Source of the DNA: an uncultured archaeon
GTDB lineage: Archaea; Aenigmatarchaeota; Aenigmatarchaeia; QMZP01; QMZT01
Length of the DNA: 25,165 bases
Reading direction: 5' to 3'
NCBI GenBank assembly: GCA_964353515.1
Contig: CAYGVQ010000002.1
Span: 1-25,165 of the forward strand
Shown: positions 9,059 to 17,894 of the stretch, in pieces
How the letters are laid out: the number at the start of each line of letters is the position of its first letter
Numbering within the stretch: position 1 is the first letter of the stretch
Notes under the pieces: model-generated
Told to the model about the DNA's origin: nothing
Databases searched by the model: none
Seen by the model: the letters and a program-made list of their open reading frames with translations, nothing else
Program-made: the position numbers and the translations under genes

Positions 9059-9355
9059 TTAACCGAAAAGCGCGCTAAGTCCTGCGGCTGCCTCTTCTGC
9101 CTTTTCTTCTGCCTCTTCTGCCTTTTCTTCAGCCTTCTCCCCTGCTACTTTTTCTGATGCTGCAGGAGCTGCCTGAACAAGTGAGGCGTTCTTTATCGCT
9201 TCTTCTATGTTAACACCCTTCAGGTTTGCTACCAAAGCCTTCAGCTGGGCGTGATCAATCTCAGCACCGGCCGCTTCCATTACGTTCTTGATGCCGTGTT
9301 CATTGATTTCTTTGCCCAGGGAATGAAGGAGCAAGGCTGCGTATATCATCTTCAT
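9059..9355 (-). CDS. rpl12: 50S ribosomal stalk protein P1/L12
   Basis: [16 protein letters not shown]..., an A/E/K-rich hinge and C-terminal [10 protein letters not shown]; the start overlaps the P0 stop (TAATG). Confidence 0.97.
   Translation of the reverse strand: MKMIYAALLLHSLGKEINEHGIKNVMEAAGAEIDHAQLKALVANLKGVNIEEAIKNASLVQAAPAASEKVAGEKAEEKAEEAEEKAEEAAAGLSALFG
9090..9131 (-). repeat. 21-bp tandem duplication in the P1 hinge (encodes E-E-K-A-E-E-A twice)
   Basis: Plus strand gcctcttctgccttttcttct / gcctcttctgccttttcttca. Confidence 0.75.
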
Positions 9356-10194
9356 TATTCTTCCTCCTCTTGTTTTTTATCAACATTAACACCAGAAGTC
9401 TGCAGATTTTCCATTTCTGAGGAATTTATTTCGCCTGATATGCCAACCTTAGAAGCCAGGTACATGGCCTCCCTATAAGCCTTTGTTATCATCAGGGGCA
9501 CGGTTTCTGGTGTCGGAAGACCTATGCTCATGGCAAGACCTAATGCATTCCTGTAAGCTGCTATCAGGTCGCCTTCATATTTCTCTTTTGGTATGAACAG
9601 CAGGTCCCTTCCGTATATGGTTCCGTTATCATAAGCCGCCAGCAGATTAAGAGATATTTCAACCGGCTCTATACCCAGTTTCATCAAAACATCTGCAACA
9701 GGCTTGGTTATCACTTCCCCATCTTTTACTATGACGGTGTTTTTCTTGATAGCTATTTTGTCGCCTTCAACCCCAGCCGGAAGCTTAACTCTTTGCAATT
9801 CTCCTATTACCGGTCCCGGTTTAAGGCTCGTTGGGCCCGCTTTAATTACGATTTCTTTTGTGGCTATATCGCCTGCTTTTGCAGGTGCGGATGATTTTGA
9901 AGATTCTATTATTTTTGCAAGCTCGAAGGGGTTGATGTTGCTAAGGAGCAACGCCGGCTGATTTTTTATGATATTTTCAAGTTTTTTGAGGTCTGTTATA
10001 CCTGTGTTTTCAATGGCAAGCTTTATCACGTTCTTTTTGGTCATTTTTATTATGGCCTTGCCTCTAAGACTGTCTCTTATTTCCTGCAGCTGCTTCGCAG
10101 GCAGCTTGAACATATCTAGTATTCCGATTACAGAATACTCTTTCAATTCCTTAACAAGTTGTTCGACAGCCATTTTTTTTCTTTCAGAGACCAT
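9355..10194 (-). CDS. rplP0: 50S ribosomal protein P0/L10
   Basis: [39 protein letters not shown]; lies between rpl1 and rpl12. Confidence 0.96.
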   Translation of the reverse strand: MVSERKKMAVEQLVKELKEYSVIGILDMFKLPAKQLQEIRDSLRGKAIIKMTKKNVIKLAIENTGITDLKKLENIIKNQPALLLSNINPFELAKIIESSKSSAPAKAGDIATKEIVIKAGPTSLKPGPVIGELQRVKLPAGVEGDKIAIKKNTVIVKDGEVITKPVADVLMKLGIEPVEISLNLLAAYDNGTIYGRDLLFIPKEKYEGDLIAAYRNALGLAMSIGLPTPETVPLMITKAYREAMYLASKVGISGEINSSEMENLQTSGVNVDKKQEEEE

Positions 10195-10196
10195 CT

Positions 10197-10832
10197 TTAC
10201 ACCTTCAATTTAATGGGCGGACCCATCGTTAGTTTTATATAAGCATCTTTTATGTTCATTTTACCCTTTGGAAGTTTCTCCTTCGCGAAGTTCATGAGAG
10301 CAATCACATTCTTCATGATTTGCTCCTCTTTCATATCTTCCTTTCCGATAGGGACGTGAATAACAGGTGAATCCTTGATTCTTATCTTCACCATTCTTTT
10401 TGTCATTTCAACAAAAGGCATGAGACTACCTTTGGGAGGGATGGGTCTAGGCATCTTGCCTCTGGGACCCAAAACAACACCAAGTGTTTTACCCACTAAA
10501 GGCATAAGAGGCGCTTCGCAAAACCACCAGTCATATTCTTCAGCATACCTTTTCAACTTTTTTTTATCCTTTCCAAGGTTTTCTAGGTCATTTTTGATTA
10601 TTACTAGGCCGCTTGTTTTTTTAGCTTCCGGTAAAAGCGTATCAACTATGAATATGTATTTTGATTCCTTGCCCCTGCCCTCTGGCAAAATAAATTCAAG
10701 GTTAAGCTTGTTTTCAGGCTTTTTCAGGTCAAGGCCCCTTAGATTGATAACAAGGTCCCATGTTTGTAGGAATTTCCTTTTCTTCGATTTCTCTTTCGCT
10801 TCCTTTATTTCCTTCAAAAACTCTTCTTCCAT
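10197..10832 (-). CDS. rpl1: 50S ribosomal protein L1
   Basis: KRKFLQTWDLVINL, LGVVLGPRGKMPRP, IKLTMGPP; SD GGAGG upstream. Confidence 0.97.
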   Translation of the reverse strand: MEEEFLKEIKEAKEKSKKRKFLQTWDLVINLRGLDLKKPENKLNLEFILPEGRGKESKYIFIVDTLLPEAKKTSGLVIIKNDLENLGKDKKKLKRYAEEYDWWFCEAPLMPLVGKTLGVVLGPRGKMPRPIPPKGSLMPFVEMTKRMVKIRIKDSPVIHVPIGKEDMKEEQIMKNVIALMNFAKEKLPKGKMNIKDAYIKLTMGPPIKLKV

Positions 10833-10845
10833 TTCTTAACCTCCT

Positions 10846-10860
10846 GCTTACGCAGTAAGC
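10846..10860 (-). promoter_or_regulatory. Hairpin abutting the rpl1 Shine-Dalgarno
   Basis: The mRNA reads GCUUAC-UGC-GUAAGC directly followed by AGGAGG. Confidence 0.4.
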
Positions 10861-10909
10861 GGTCGTGGTTCTTTATTCTTGTAATGTAAGGTATTTAAAT
10901 ATTTGTTTT

Positions 10910-11359
10910 CTAACCGGAAATGATTAAGAAAGCATAAAACAACAGGAAAGCATGCCTGAGCGGAATAATTATATGCCTTTTTCTGGCAACAGAGAACATC
11001 GCTAATATGCAGTTTATGACGAAAAACAAAAACCATGGGAAGAAAAATGCAGGAGAAACGAAAATCAAACCTTCTGAAAACCTGTCGCTTGCAATGTCTA
11101 CAACATACCCCTCTTCTGAAGTTGAGCCATATTTTTTTGCGACCAAACCATCAAACCAGTCCAATACTAAAGTGGTTAGTAAAAAGATAAAGGCTAAATG
11201 CATCGAAAAAATAGTGCTCAAAAGAAACAACATCGAGGTCAGTATCGAAAGCCCAGATAGTATGTTCGGGTCAATGCTAGGCAAAGGCAGCATAAAGCCC
11301 AATCTATCCGTATATTTTCTTAAAGTTTTCAGAAAACCAAACTTCCTACACTCAGCCAT
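10910..11359 (-). CDS. CDP-alcohol phosphatidyltransferase family membrane protein
   Basis: Family signature D-x2-DG-x2-A-x8-G-x3-D-x3-D is present (LDWFDGLVAKKYGSTSEEGYVVDIASDRFSE); several TM helices. Confidence 0.9.
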   Translation of the reverse strand: MAECRKFGFLKTLRKYTDRLGFMLPLPSIDPNILSGLSILTSMLFLLSTIFSMHLAFIFLLTTLVLDWFDGLVAKKYGSTSEEGYVVDIASDRFSEGLIFVSPAFFFPWFLFFVINCILAMFSVARKRHIIIPLRHAFLLFYAFLIISG

Positions 11360-11796
11360 AATAACACCCCAAGCAAAATTGTAGAGAATATCTCAAACAA
11401 AACCTTATTTTTATATTCATATGGAAGGATACCCAGAAAAACCTCCTTTTTGGAAAAAGGATAAAACGGTATCGACTTGCCAGCAAGAAAATCTATCGCG
11501 AAATGTAGAACAAGGCACATCATCGCGATTTCTACGATGGTGCGATCAATCACAAAATATAATAGACAGGCAATTGCAGAGAACATTGTCAAACCGTATA
11601 TTTCATGAAATTTGGTCCTTGATGCAGAGCCAAACCTTTTCTCGAAAATTTTACTTTTCACCTTGAATAAATAAGGCAAATGTGTTATGTCAATCAAAAC
11701 CGAGAAAAGGAATATCAATACTACGTAATCCCAGGCATTACCCCAAACCACGTCAACAAAAAGGTAGTTGAATATAAAATGGAAAATTATATTCAT
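11329..11796 (-). CDS. Membrane-bound putative metal-dependent hydrolase (YdjM/DUF457-like)
   Basis: His/Asp motifs spaced between TM helices: N-terminal H6, DITH (cf. DxDH), RTKFH, HFAID. Confidence 0.6.
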   Translation of the reverse strand: MNIIFHFIFNYLFVDVVWGNAWDYVVLIFLFSVLIDITHLPYLFKVKSKIFEKRFGSASRTKFHEIYGLTMFSAIACLLYFVIDRTIVEIAMMCLVLHFAIDFLAGKSIPFYPFSKKEVFLGILPYEYKNKVLFEIFSTILLGVLLWLSVGSLVF

Positions 11797-13211
11797 ATTT
11801 TCCTCTCAAAAATTTTCCTTAGGAATATAGCAAATTCTTCATTTTTTTCAATCTGTTTTTCGATATCTTTTGATTCCATAACCCTAAAGCCCTTGGCTAT
11901 GCTTTTAGCTATATAAGACCTTATGCCGTCTTTGACGAGTTTTTTATCAGATTTCTTAAGAAAAGCTTTTATCAGGATATCACATTTCCTATATTTTCTC
12001 TTATCTTTTGCTGCCCATCTTTCACCTTCGATATAGGCGCTGCCTTTATATTTTTTTATGAACTCTTCTGCATGCCTTTTTGAATATGTCGGCGGCCCAG
12101 TTATTTTTTTTATTCCAGGCAGAGACCAAACTTTCATCTCGAACATTAGGTATGAAAGATGTTCATCGCTCCAAACGTTTTGCAGAAAAATTTCGAATTC
12201 ATTGTCCTTCAACAGATTAGCGATTCTATTTGCTGTTTTTCTCATCTGGGACCACAATATATCGTCAACCACCTGAGGTCTCTTGAATTCGACCATGAAC
12301 ATTATGGTATCTCTTTTTTTGATATACCTTTTAAAAGCCGCCTTTTTAAGTGGTCTTTTGTCTATTTTAAAGAACTTAACAGAAGGTTTTGATGAGAATC
12401 CCCTGCACCTTTCAACAAACTTAGTGAAATTTTTATCAGACAAAGAAGCTGCCACATTTCTTTTCGGATCGGTAGGATCTATAACTATTAGTGGCTGGCT
12501 TCTGAACTGCTCTCTTGGAGAATCAAATTTGCAATGGCTTTCCAGATCAATGAATGTACCGAATGTCCATTTTTTTGCTGCATCTATTAGATTTTTGAAG
12601 CTCTTGTATTTTATGATGAGAAGTTCGCATAAGTATCCGGAGAACCCCAGTGTTTTTATGTCAGAGCCGTACACATCCATAGCCTTGCAAAACTGTTTAA
12701 TAAGACGAACGTCGTTTGACATTTTTTGTTCGAGATTTTTAATTATATATCTGTTATGAAAAGGTGTTCTATCTACAGCCGACTTTATTTTTGACGCGCT
12801 TTTGATCCTGTAACAAGGAACTACATCTATGGTAAATTTTCCGAATTTACCCTTTACATATGGGTGTTCCGCGTAGGCAATTTCATATTTTCCACCCAAC
12901 AGCTTTACTATTTTCTTTCCTATGGCCAACCCCATTTTTTCCAGATATTCTCTTGAGTATGATACAGGAAACATTATGAAAAGATCGACCTCCTTTTTGT
13001 CGGCAAGCCACGTATCGCGGATAAAGGAGCCGGCTATTGTTTTTTCGAGACCAAAGGGCTTTATAGTCTCTTCCGCGGCTTTTATTACCCTTTCAAACAC
13101 ACCAGAAAATTCCTTCCTCTCGCTTTCTGTAGGTGTTATTTTTTTAAGAACTTTTTTCAAGACGGTTTCCATGATTATTAATTTAATATCCATCTTATTA
13201 ATGGATGTCAA
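11793..13211 (-). CDS. cca: CCA-adding enzyme (class I, archaeal)
   Basis: GSFIRDTWLADKKEVDLF, YAEHPYV, DVVPC, SAVDRTPFH, GFSGYLCELL, DPTDPKRNVAA. The true start is probably ATG 13172 (METVLKK). Confidence 0.97.
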   Translation of the reverse strand: MTSINKMDIKLIIMETVLKKVLKKITPTESERKEFSGVFERVIKAAEETIKPFGLEKTIAGSFIRDTWLADKKEVDLFIMFPVSYSREYLEKMGLAIGKKIVKLLGGKYEIAYAEHPYVKGKFGKFTIDVVPCYRIKSASKIKSAVDRTPFHNRYIIKNLEQKMSNDVRLIKQFCKAMDVYGSDIKTLGFSGYLCELLIIKYKSFKNLIDAAKKWTFGTFIDLESHCKFDSPREQFRSQPLIVIDPTDPKRNVAASLSDKNFTKFVERCRGFSSKPSVKFFKIDKRPLKKAAFKRYIKKRDTIMFMVEFKRPQVVDDILWSQMRKTANRIANLLKDNEFEIFLQNVWSDEHLSYLMFEMKVWSLPGIKKITGPPTYSKRHAEEFIKKYKGSAYIEGERWAAKDKRKYRKCDILIKAFLKKSDKKLVKDGIRSYIAKSIAKGFRVMESKDIEKQIEKNEEFAIFLRKIFERKI

Positions 13212-13264
13212 ATTAAGTTTTTGACTCTGTCCAAATTAAAATAAAGTGCCAAAGGGGTGATTTT

Positions 13265-14095
13265 ATGGTATTGAAAGGAGCGAGTCTTAGCAATTTCGTT
13301 GATACGCAAAAATCGATAACATGTATATCCTCCAAAAAACTGGTAACTTCTAAAGAAAGGGCGAGGCTTATTGATATTCTCAATGTGTTTTTTTCCGAAG
13401 GTATCAGAAAGATACCCATTGTTGATGGAGCAAACCATTTAAAGGGTCTGGTAAGCTCCATAGATATACTCAGCCTACTCGGCGGAGGAGAGAAATATGA
13501 GGTCTTCAAGAAAAAAAGAGAAAGCATGGAAATCAGGGTAGAGGATTTCATGACAAGACAAATTAAGGTCATACATTTCAAGACCAGCATACAGAAAGCA
13601 TTGGATATATTCAAAAGGGAAAGAAGCGGGCTTTACCCTTTGCTTGATGCTAAAAAGATTATCTCAGTAATCTCTGAGTGGGATTTCGCCAAGTTGATAA
13701 ACAGGCCAATGGGCATAAAAGTACACGAGGCCATGGTTGAGAGACCGATTTTTGTACAGAAAGGTTACAGCGTATACGATGTTGCCAAAATGATGTGCAG
13801 GGGCGGCTTCAGAAGATTGCCTGTAGTCGAAGATAACATACTACTCGGCATAGTCACGCCAACAGACATTTTGTTGCATCTCCGCAGGGATTTTACCAAA
13901 AACAAACTCGTTTCTGGCAGAACCAGGGTAGAAGAGGTTATGAAAAAGGAACCTTTTACCATCAATGCTGATGCAGATTTGTTCTCGGCAGTCAGCATTA
14001 TGAAGAGCGGCAAGGTAGGCGGGCTGCCGGTTGTCGAAGACGATGAGCTCATAGGCATAATAACAGAGAGAGACATAGTCGATGCATTGGTATGA
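13265..14095 (+). CDS. CBS-domain protein (four CBS repeats)
   Basis: IRKIPIVD..LKGLVS..D, FRRLPVVEDNILLGIVT..D, VGGLPVVEDDELIGIITERD; SD GGGGTGA. Confidence 0.92.
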   Translation: MVLKGASLSNFVDTQKSITCISSKKLVTSKERARLIDILNVFFSEGIRKIPIVDGANHLKGLVSSIDILSLLGGGEKYEVFKKKRESMEIRVEDFMTRQIKVIHFKTSIQKALDIFKRERSGLYPLLDAKKIISVISEWDFAKLINRPMGIKVHEAMVERPIFVQKGYSVYDVAKMMCRGGFRRLPVVEDNILLGIVTPTDILLHLRRDFTKNKLVSGRTRVEEVMKKEPFTINADADLFSAVSIMKSGKVGGLPVVEDDELIGIITERDIVDALV

Positions 14096-14553
14096 AAAAT
14101 AAGAAAATAAACCAAGAGAAACTGGAAGAGATTATAAAAGAGCTCGACGGCAAGCTTATTGTGGTTGAAGGGAAAAAGGACGAAAAAGCTTTAAAAAGCC
14201 TTGGCCTGAAAGATATTATTGCGATTAGCGGAAGACCGCTTTACGAAATAACCGAGGTCGCATTGAACACCAAAAAAGAAGTCGTCATACTGACAGATTT
14301 CGATAAAAAGGGCAGGGAGATAGGGAAAAAATTGAAAGACCTGCTCCAAAGGCGGGGGAAACCCCCAAATTCGAGACTAAGGTGGAAAGTAATGGCTTTA
14401 GGAAAAAACAGAATTGAGGATTTCGGAGGCATTTTTACTTCGGAAACTCTTTCATTAAGGGAGGATGATTATCATGTCAAAACTTGCACCAACTTCAATA
14501 AAATATGTCATAAAGGCGGAAATAGACGCACAAGGGGTAATAGAAAAACCTGA
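14092..14553 (+). CDS. Small stand-alone Toprim-domain protein (primase-like/RNase M5-like)
   Basis: IVVEGKKDEKAL and VILTDFDKKG Toprim motifs; ATGA overlap with the CBS gene. Confidence 0.88.
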   Translation: MKNKKINQEKLEEIIKELDGKLIVVEGKKDEKALKSLGLKDIIAISGRPLYEITEVALNTKKEVVILTDFDKKGREIGKKLKDLLQRRGKPPNSRLRWKVMALGKNRIEDFGGIFTSETLSLREDDYHVKTCTNFNKICHKGGNRRTRGNRKT

Positions 14554-15724
14554 CGTTATAGGGGCCATATTCGGCCAGACGGAAGGCCTGCTTGGTTCTG
14601 ATCTTGATTTGAGGGAACTTCAGAGAACGGGCAGAATAGGAAGAATCGAGGTTAATATAAGTTCCGAAAGGGGTAAATCCCATGGAGAGGTCATAATACC
14701 CTCCTCTCTTGATTCTGCTGAGACGGCATTGATAGCAGCTACGCTGGAAACGATAGAAAGGGTAGGCCCTTGCATAGCAAAGATAATACTAAGATCAGTC
14801 GAGGATACCAGGGAGCTCAAAAGGAAGTTTGTGGTAGAGAAGGCAAAAGCGATATTGAAAGAACTTCTGGAAAAGGGTATCCCGGACACGTCCAAGATAG
14901 CAGAGGAAATAAAACAGGAAATTAAGACATATGAAATAACAACTTATCAAGGTCTTCCATGTGGTCCAGGTGTACTGGATTCGGAAGAAATAGTCATAGT
15001 AGAAGGCAGGGCAGATGTAATAAACCTTGCTAAATACGGTATAAAGAACGTGATAGCAATAGAAGGAAGCTCAATACCGCAGGCTATAATACATTTGTCC
15101 AAAGAAAAAACAACCACGGCGTTCTTCGATGGCGATAGGGGCGGAACCCTTAATCTCAAAAGTCTAATGGAAACGACAGATCTGGACTATGTTGCAATAG
15201 CTCCAGAAGGTAAAGAGGTTGAAGAACTTTCTAAAAAGGAGGTTTTTAAGGCACTACGTGATAAGGTATCAGCATCACAGTTCAGGCCGGAAGGCAGATA
15301 CGACAAACAAAATAATCACCACCTTGAAAGGAAAGAAAGACCTCTTGAGAGACCTCCAGAAAAGAATGTGGTGACGGAGTCTCAAAAGGAAGGGGAATTA
15401 AGACCACAACAATTTTTGCCTAGAAAGATAGCCATTACAGATGAACAGAAAAAGATTTTCAATAAAACACTCGAAGAACTGATAGGAACAAGGGCCGCCT
15501 GCATATTTGATTCTTCCTTCAACATATTGGGTAAAGTTCCAACCAAAGAACTTCAGAACACGTTAAAAACACTTGATAACCCATTTGCAGTTATATTCGA
15601 CGGAAGGGTTGACTACAGGTTAGATATGATAGCCAGAAGAAAAGGGGTAAAATTTTTGGTTGGTATGGAAAAAGAAAACATAAAATCACCGGTAAATATA
15701 CTATCAAAAGAGGATATAGGATAA
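14474..15724 (+). CDS. dnaG: Archaeal DnaG (bacterial-type primase fold, exosome-associated)
   Basis: EKPDVIGAIFGQTEGLLG, LQRTGRIGRI, IVEGRADV, FDGDRGG. ATG 14474 sits downstream of GGAGGATGA; the ORF track starts at 14465. Confidence 0.96.
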   Translation: MSKLAPTSIKYVIKAEIDAQGVIEKPDVIGAIFGQTEGLLGSDLDLRELQRTGRIGRIEVNISSERGKSHGEVIIPSSLDSAETALIAATLETIERVGPCIAKIILRSVEDTRELKRKFVVEKAKAILKELLEKGIPDTSKIAEEIKQEIKTYEITTYQGLPCGPGVLDSEEIVIVEGRADVINLAKYGIKNVIAIEGSSIPQAIIHLSKEKTTTAFFDGDRGGTLNLKSLMETTDLDYVAIAPEGKEVEELSKKEVFKALRDKVSASQFRPEGRYDKQNNHHLERKERPLERPPEKNVVTESQKEGELRPQQFLPRKIAITDEQKKIFNKTLEELIGTRAACIFDSSFNILGKVPTKELQNTLKTLDNPFAVIFDGRVDYRLDMIARRKGVKFLVGMEKENIKSPVNILSKEDIG

Positions 15725-15777
15725 ATTTATAGCCCGGAGTCCTAATATTTTATATCTAAATAAATTTAGGTGAGAAT

Positions 15778-16815
15778 ATGGAAGATTTACTTAAGAGGCT
15801 TGTTGCTTCACCGTCGATTTCAGGTTACGAAAAGAACATAAGAAATTTGTTAATGAAGGAAATCAAGCCTTATGTCGATGAAATCAAAGTAGACAAGATA
15901 GGAAATCTAATATGCCGAAAAGGTTCTGGCCCCCCAAAGATAATGCTTACTGCTCACATGGATGAACTTGGCTTGATGGTAAAATACATAGACGAAAATG
16001 GCTTCATAAGATTTGAAACCATAGGAGGATGGGACCCCAAGGTTATACTTTCTCAGAAATTCAAAATACATGGCTCAAAGGGCCCCCTCGTCGGGGTTGT
16101 TGGTTCTAAACCAATTCATCTACAGGAAAAGGAGGATGTGAACAAACCCGTGAAGTTGATTGATATGTTTATTGATGTAGGCGCTAAAGACAAAAAAGAA
16201 GTTGAAAAAATGGGAATTAGTATAGGAGACTTCATCACGAATTATGGCGAGTTTGACAAGCTTGCTGGTTCTAGGGTAACATCCTACGGCTTCGACGACC
16301 GCATAGGATGCTTGGAATTGATAGAGATTATGAAAAATCTAAAAAAGGTAAAGTTCAAGGGAACAGTTTATGCTGTAGGGACCGTAAAAGAAGAGATAGG
16401 CCTTATAGGCATAAGAGGTTCGGCATTTGCTCTAAATCCAGACATCATATTGGCTCTTGATGTAACAACATCTGGTGATACTCCGGAACTGAAGCCATTT
16501 GAATCTACCGCAAGAATGGACGAAGGGCCTGTTCTGGTTGTCAAAGATGCTATAAGCATAATTCAAAGTGAAATAAAAGAATGGGTTAAGGACGTGGCCA
16601 AAAAGAATAAGCTTAAGTTACAATTCGATGTGGTCTCTGGTGGTGCCACAGATGCTTCTATGGCAGCGATGATAAGGGAAGGCATACCTTCACTTTCCAT
16701 ATTAATACCTTCACGTTATTTACACACACCGACAGAGGTCGCCAGCATGAATGACGTGAAGGATACGATCCAACTTGTGACAGAAATCGTGAAGACAGCG
16801 CATCAATATTTGTAG
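15778..16815 (+). CDS. M42 family metallo-aminopeptidase (TET-like)
   Basis: AHMDELG, FDDRIG, EEIGLIG, LDVT, GGATDA, RYLHTPTE; SD GGTGAG. Confidence 0.95.
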   Translation: MEDLLKRLVASPSISGYEKNIRNLLMKEIKPYVDEIKVDKIGNLICRKGSGPPKIMLTAHMDELGLMVKYIDENGFIRFETIGGWDPKVILSQKFKIHGSKGPLVGVVGSKPIHLQEKEDVNKPVKLIDMFIDVGAKDKKEVEKMGISIGDFITNYGEFDKLAGSRVTSYGFDDRIGCLELIEIMKNLKKVKFKGTVYAVGTVKEEIGLIGIRGSAFALNPDIILALDVTTSGDTPELKPFESTARMDEGPVLVVKDAISIIQSEIKEWVKDVAKKNKLKLQFDVVSGGATDASMAAMIREGIPSLSILIPSRYLHTPTEVASMNDVKDTIQLVTEIVKTAHQYL

Positions 16816-17199
16816 CTAGATTAAGTTTACATTTCCACGCATTGGTATGACTTCGAGTTCACCCTTGTATATCTGAATTTCACCTATTACGTTAATTTTA
16901 TTGCCTCCTTTAAGCTCATTTATATTAAAATTGTTTGTCTTTAGTAACTCAATTGTATCGCTCCATAAAATAATTTTTATTTCCCCAGTGTTATCTTTAA
17001 GGCGAATAAAGTAGTTACCACTTATTTCCGATACATCTACTATTTCACCTGTTATATTTACAGTTTTTCCTATGAACGACTTATCGATATCACCAATGTA
17101 TACATGTGAAGAAAAAATTTGATTGGTTATGATATACAAAGCAATAATGCTAATGCATACACCAACCACCGATATTTTGCTTAAGGTATTTTCATTCAT
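16816..17199 (-). CDS. Membrane-anchored OB-fold nucleic-acid-binding protein
   Basis: N-terminal TM helix (ISVVGVCISIIALYII) followed by OB strands VNITGEIV, FIRLKDNTGEIKIILW, INVIGEIQIYKGELEV. ATG 17199 overlaps the thpR stop (ATGAATGA); the ORF track uses TTG 17211. Confidence 0.85.
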   Translation of the reverse strand: MNENTLSKISVVGVCISIIALYIITNQIFSSHVYIGDIDKSFIGKTVNITGEIVDVSEISGNYFIRLKDNTGEIKIILWSDTIELLKTNNFNINELKGGNKINVIGEIQIYKGELEVIPMRGNVNLI

Positions 17200-17746
17200 T
17201 TTCACAACCAAGCTTAAAACTTTCTAAATCGTTATATACTGGACCGCCTTTTGTTAATGTACTTAGTTTCAGTTTCACTTCATTCACATCCATTTCACCT
17301 ATATTCACGTTTTCATTTTCATATAAAAAATGAAGTAAAAATTGCCTGTTTTTACCTGATTTCACCCTTCCTATTGTCAAATGGGGGGTGCGTTCTTCTT
17401 CACCGAACTTTATGTTTGCATTCACATTTTTCATTAATTTAGTCAATTCCATTTCACCTTCTTTAATACCCAACCACAATGTCCTTAAATATTTAGGATT
17501 TCCGAAATAGCCAATACCTGATATTTTAATCTTGAAATGAACTTCATTTTTAAAGCAAATTTTAAGTGATTTTTTTATTTCATCAGCTTCATTTTCGCTT
17601 ACTTCACCAAGAAATTTTATCGTGAAATGGAGATTTTCAGGTTCAACGAACTTTACATCCACTCCTAAATCCCCTATTTTCTTCTCTATTTCGGCCACCT
17701 TATTTTTTAAATTTTTATCAAGATCAATCGATATAAAGCATCTCAT
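17192..17746 (-). CDS. thpR: RNA 2',3'-cyclic phosphodiesterase (2H family, 2'-5' RNA ligase-like)
   Basis: MRCFISIDL, two HxT motifs (LHFTIKFLG, PHLTIGR), STLTKGGPVY. Confidence 0.96.
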   Translation of the reverse strand: MRCFISIDLDKNLKNKVAEIEKKIGDLGVDVKFVEPENLHFTIKFLGEVSENEADEIKKSLKICFKNEVHFKIKISGIGYFGNPKYLRTLWLGIKEGEMELTKLMKNVNANIKFGEEERTPHLTIGRVKSGKNRQFLLHFLYENENVNIGEMDVNEVKLKLSTLTKGGPVYNDLESFKLGCENE

Positions 17747-17767
17747 GAGATGTAATTATATAAGATG

Positions 17768-17775
17768 TATATAAA
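17768..17775 (-). promoter_or_regulatory. TATA box for a probably leaderless thpR transcript
   Basis: The minus strand reads GAAA-TTTATATA 22 nt upstream of the ATG, with no SD. Confidence 0.5.
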
Positions 17776-17894
17776 TTTCTTTAGGATTTTGGTTTAACGA
17801 TGATTTAGATTATTATAAATTTTGCAATTAGTGCGTACAAGTTCATATAACTTCACGAAAAGCATTTAAATCCTTTATTGTTTTATATGAAGAT

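Noticed and set aside
9090-9131. 21-bp tandem repeat in rpl12
   Set aside because: Ordinary slippage in the low-complexity P1 hinge; in frame and not CRISPR-like.
9059-10832. rpl11 missing upstream of rpl1-rplP0-rpl12
   Set aside because: An L1-L10-L12 unit with L11 elsewhere is known in archaea (e.g. Methanococcus), so it is not evidence of gene loss.
17747-17894. AT-rich region next to an AAA-wHTH ATPase as a possible replication origin
   Set aside because: No ORB-like repeats are visible, the ATPase lacks clear Orc1/Cdc6 signatures, and the AT content is explained by divergent promoters.
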